A DNA stretch of 64,000 nucleotides from Felis catus (taxonomy: Eukaryota): positions 111,044,001 through 111,108,000 of the forward strand of contig NC_058368.1 in NCBI RefSeq assembly GCF_018350175.1, read 5' to 3'. The position numbers and the translations under genes are program-made. Below, in pieces: positions 60,621 to 64,000 of this stretch. Under the pieces are notes generated by a model, which saw only the letters and a list, made by a program, of their open reading frames with translations, was not told the DNA's origin and ran no database searches. Positions within the stretch are counted from its first letter, which is position 1. Each line of letters starts with the position of its first letter.

Positions 60621-60679
60621 AGAAATCTCCATTTTTAACAAGCATACCAGGCACACTGAAGTTTGGAAATTATTGCATC

Positions 60680-60805
60680 CCTAATTACAGAGGAGGAAAC
60701 TTAGGCACACAGAGGTTGTACAAAGTCACAGAGCTGGTGAATGGTGGGGACAGGACTCTATCCTAAGACCATATGAATGTGGAATCCACAGTTTTAGCCA
60801 TACAC
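60680..60805 (-). mobile_element. MIR
   Basis: TTACAGAGGAGGAAACTTAGGCACACAGAGGTT..AAGTCACAGAGCTGGTGAATGG. Confidence 0.75.
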
Positions 60806-61357
60806 TGAAAAAATTGATGCTGGGTCTGACTGTGTGTATTTAGCCATATACATCACTTTGTGTCCACAAAGTTTGTTAGATTATGAACTCTTGTGAAATA
60901 CTGGAAGGCAGTTAATGTGTTTTCTTTCTCTCAGTTATCTGTAGAATCCATTAAACATGCCTAGTACCTGGAAGACTCTCAATAAAAATCATTTGAATTG
61001 AATTCCTACAGATACATGATTATCTATTTCTATAAACATACATATACAGAGGACTTCTCATTTTCAAGTAGAATCTTGGAACAAGGTATAACAACTATAA
61101 ACTTTCCCACTCTCTCTTGAACCCACTCAAACTTTCACTTATGCCAATGTGTTGATGTGGCTCTTATCAGTATCACCAGTGACTTCAACATGGCTGAAAC
61201 TAATGATCAATTGTCAGTCTGTATCTAACCTCATTCCTTTTGGTGGCTTTGCACATAGAGCTTTCCTCCCTCCTGAAACACTCTTATCTTGTCTTCTAAG
61301 ACACTCCTCCTATCTCTCTGGATGCCACTGCTTTCTTTTTACTTTTTTCCCCCAATT

Positions 61358-61475
61358 AAAAAAAATAGTTTTATTATTTTTAAATATTTTATTTTTAAGG
61401 AATCTCTACACCCAACAGTAGAGCTCAAACACACAAGAGTCCCATGCTCCACTGACTGAGCCAGCCAGGCACCCC
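61358..61475 (-). mobile_element. SINEC_old-like SINE
   Basis: TSD TCCCCCAATT (61348-61357/61476-61485). Confidence 0.88.
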
Positions 61476-61485
61476 TCCCCCAATT

Positions 61486-62566
61486 TTTTTATTGTGATAA
61501 AATACACATAACATAAATTTTACTATCTTAATCATTTTTTTTAAATTTTTTTTAACGTTTATTCATTTTTGAGAGACAGAGAGAGACAGAGCATGAGCGG
61601 GGAAGGGGCCGAGAGAGAGGGAGACACAGAATCTGAAGCAGGCTCCAGGCTCTGAGCTGTCAGCACAGAGCCTGACGCGGGGCTTGAACTCACGAACTGC
61701 GAGATCATGACCTGAGCCGAAGTCAGGTGCTCAACTGACTGAGCCACCCAGGCGCCCCACTATCTTAATCATTTTTAAGTGTACAGTTCAATGATATTAA
61801 GTACATTCACACTGTTGTGCAACTGTCACCACCCTCCATCTCCAGAACTCTTTCATCTTGCAAAACTGAAACTGTACCTGTTGAACTATGAGTCCCCATC
61901 TGCCCTCCCTGCTCCAGCCCCTGGCAAACACTGTTCGTTCTGTCTCTATGAATTTCATCACTCTAGGTATCTCGCATAAGTGGATCATACAGTATTTATC
62001 TTTTTGTGACTGGCTTATTTCCCTTAGCGTAAGGACCTAAAGGTGCATCCATGTTGTAGCATGTTGCAGAATTTCCTTCCTTTTTAATGCTGAATAATAT
62101 TCCATTCTATGTATATACCACATTTTGCTTTACCCATTCATCCATTAACAGACACTTGGGTTGCTTCCACATTTTAGTTATCGTGGATGATGCTACTATG
62201 AACACAAGTACACAAATCTCTTCAAGACCCTGTTTTCAATTCTTTTGAATATATATCCAGAAATGGAATTGCTGGATCATATGGTAATTCTATTTTTAAT
62301 TTTCTGAGGAATGGCCATACTGTTTTCCACAGTGGCTGTACTATTTTATATTCTCATTGATAGTGCACAAGTGTTCTAATTTCTCCACATCCTTGCCAAC
62401 CCGTGTTATTTTCTGTTTTTTTTTTTTTTAAATAGTAGCCATCCTATTGGATGTGAGGTGGTACCGTATTGCACCTTTGATCTGTATTTCCCTAATGGTG
62501 AGCAACATTGAGCATCTTTTCATGTGCTTTTTGGCCATTTATATTTCTTCTTTGGAGAAATGTCTG
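61486..62566 (-). mobile_element. L1MB-like 3' end
   Basis: TTAAGTGTACAGTTCAATG..CTCCAGAACTCTTTCATCTTGCAAAACTGAAAC; same 3'UTR type as 23200-23445. Confidence 0.92.
61540..61758 (-). mobile_element. Can-SINE inside L1MB
   Basis: Perfect 18-bp TSD ACTATCTTAATCATTTTT (61522-61539/61759-61776). Confidence 0.97.
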
Positions 62567-63337
62567 AATATTTCTTTTTTAACAACATCTTACTGATTCC
62601 TTTTCATCTTCCAGACCTCTTAACCTTGTAGTGGCCAAGGGCATCGTCCTTGGACTTCTCTTTCTACACTCAATTCCTTAGTGATTTCAAACAGTCTTAT
62701 AGCTTTAAATACCAGCCACCTGCTGACCCTTCTCAAAAGATACCTTCAGCCCCGAACCTACCTCTGAGCTGAGGCTACCATTTCTAACTGCCTACAGGAC
62801 GGCTGCACTTGGACATCTAATAGGTATCTTAAGCTTACTATGTCTTAATGCTGAGCTCCTTATCCTCCCCCGAATCTAGTCCTTCCATAGTCTTCACATA
62901 TCTTTTAATGGCAATTCTGTTTTTCCACTGGTTCAAGACAAAACTCTAGTCATCCTTGAATTCTTGTTTTCTCATGCCTCATCAACAAATCCTGTCAAAG
63001 CTATCTTCATAAAATATATTGACTTTGACCACTTCCCCTGCTACCACTCTAGTGTACTTTAACATCATCTCTTACCTGGTTTATTTCACTGACCTCCTCA
63101 CCTGTCTTCCAGCTTCAGCCTTTCCGCTTTCAGTCTGTCCTCCATAGGACAGCAAAGTAACCTGTAAAATCCAGTGTCAGATTATGTCACTCCTCAGCTC
63201 AAAACCATCTTTAGTACTCCTAGCAAAAGCCAAATTCCTAACAATGGCCTATATCATTTCTTTCTTCTACATGTACACAATAAGCATCTTCCTACCTCAG
63301 GACCTCTGCATTTGCTGGAGACCGCAAATGGTGGAGA

Positions 63338-63833
63338 CAGTGGTTTCTTTTACTTTGTGCCAGGGACCCCTATGGCAGTTAGTAATGCCCATGGATTCCT
63401 TCTGATTACAGTACCTTTAAATCCATAAAATAAGTTTCATAAATTATAAAGAAAACCAATTATGCTGAAATACAACTCTCAAAATATTTTAAAAATGTGT
63501 AATAGAGTAATATATGTGTTTCTTATTAATTCATTAAATTACAAGAGCTAGCAGCATAATTATGAAGTAGTGATAACTGTAATGATATTTTAAGATATTT
63601 GCAGCAACTATAATGTGCTATGAAAATATCTGATTTCTACTAGCAACAACATCACAGGTGCTGCTAATAGCACTGTGATTTGCTGTCTGCATTCATAATT
63701 GAAGAACATGCCAAATGTTAATTCGTGAAAATAAAGATAACATTTTTTTCCCTATCTGAAGTCAAGACTCTGTGAATTCTATACACAGATCTCTGGAGGA
63801 GAGTGTCTGCGGACTCCATGTTAAGAACCCGTG
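63338..63833. mobile_element. MER119-like hAT element
   Basis: GGACCCCT.TGGCAG..AAACCAATTAT..TATGAAAATATCTG..CATTCATAATTGAAG..GTTAAGAACCC.TG. Confidence 0.8.
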
Positions 63834-64000
63834 CCTTAGAATGCTCTTCTCCCATAAGCCCTCACAGCTCATTCCTTCACCTCCTTTAATTCAAAAGCCA
63901 CCTTCTCAGTCAGCTCTTCCCTGAGGACTCTATTTAAATTGCATGCCCACGTTCCCTATCCCCCTTTCCTACTTAATTTTTCTGAACAGCACTTACTCAC

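Larger units (their letters stand above)
59903..60675. mobile_element. MER5A-like MITE split by three SINEs
   Basis: CAAAGTGTGGT..GGCATCA..GGGCCTTGCCCCAGACCT ... CATTTTTAACAAGC..CACACTGAAGTTTG. Confidence 0.7.
61100..64000 (+). mobile_element. L2 relic interrupted by SINEC_old, L1MB and MER119
   Basis: CACCAGTGACTTC..CCTCCTGAAACACTCTT; resumes at ~62590 (CACTTGGACATCTAATAGG, CAGATTATGTCACTCCTC.GCTCAAAACC) and after 63833. Confidence 0.8.

Overview
Mammalian, non-coding DNA from a felid (cat-like) genome. The lineage call rests on 22 tRNA-derived Can-SINEs of the feliform SINEC_Fc type and 9 short SINEC_old-like copies. I can support no intact protein-coding exon, RNA gene or CRISPR array; the ORF track is SINE/L1/LTR read-through or chance. 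Much of the window is layered interspersed repeat: a near full-length HAL1, several L1MB/L1ME pieces, long L2 relics, MIRs, MaLR/ERVL solo LTRs (MLT1, LTR16) and hAT MITEs (MER5, MER53, MER58B, MER81, MER119), often nested and with readable target-site duplications (TSDs). Subfamily names come from recalled consensus sequences, not a RepeatMasker run. The best non-repeat signals are a small CpG-rich GC-box/AP-1/GATA element (~30.7-31.5 kb), AT-rich motif-dense blocks resembling conserved enhancers (~7.2-7.6, 27.9-28.2, 43.1-43.4 kb), a well-formed candidate non-coding exon (5449-5730), and a degraded coding-like relic of unknown parent on the minus strand (~55.1-55.6 kb). I found no evidence for a new biological system; the findings are candidates for checking.
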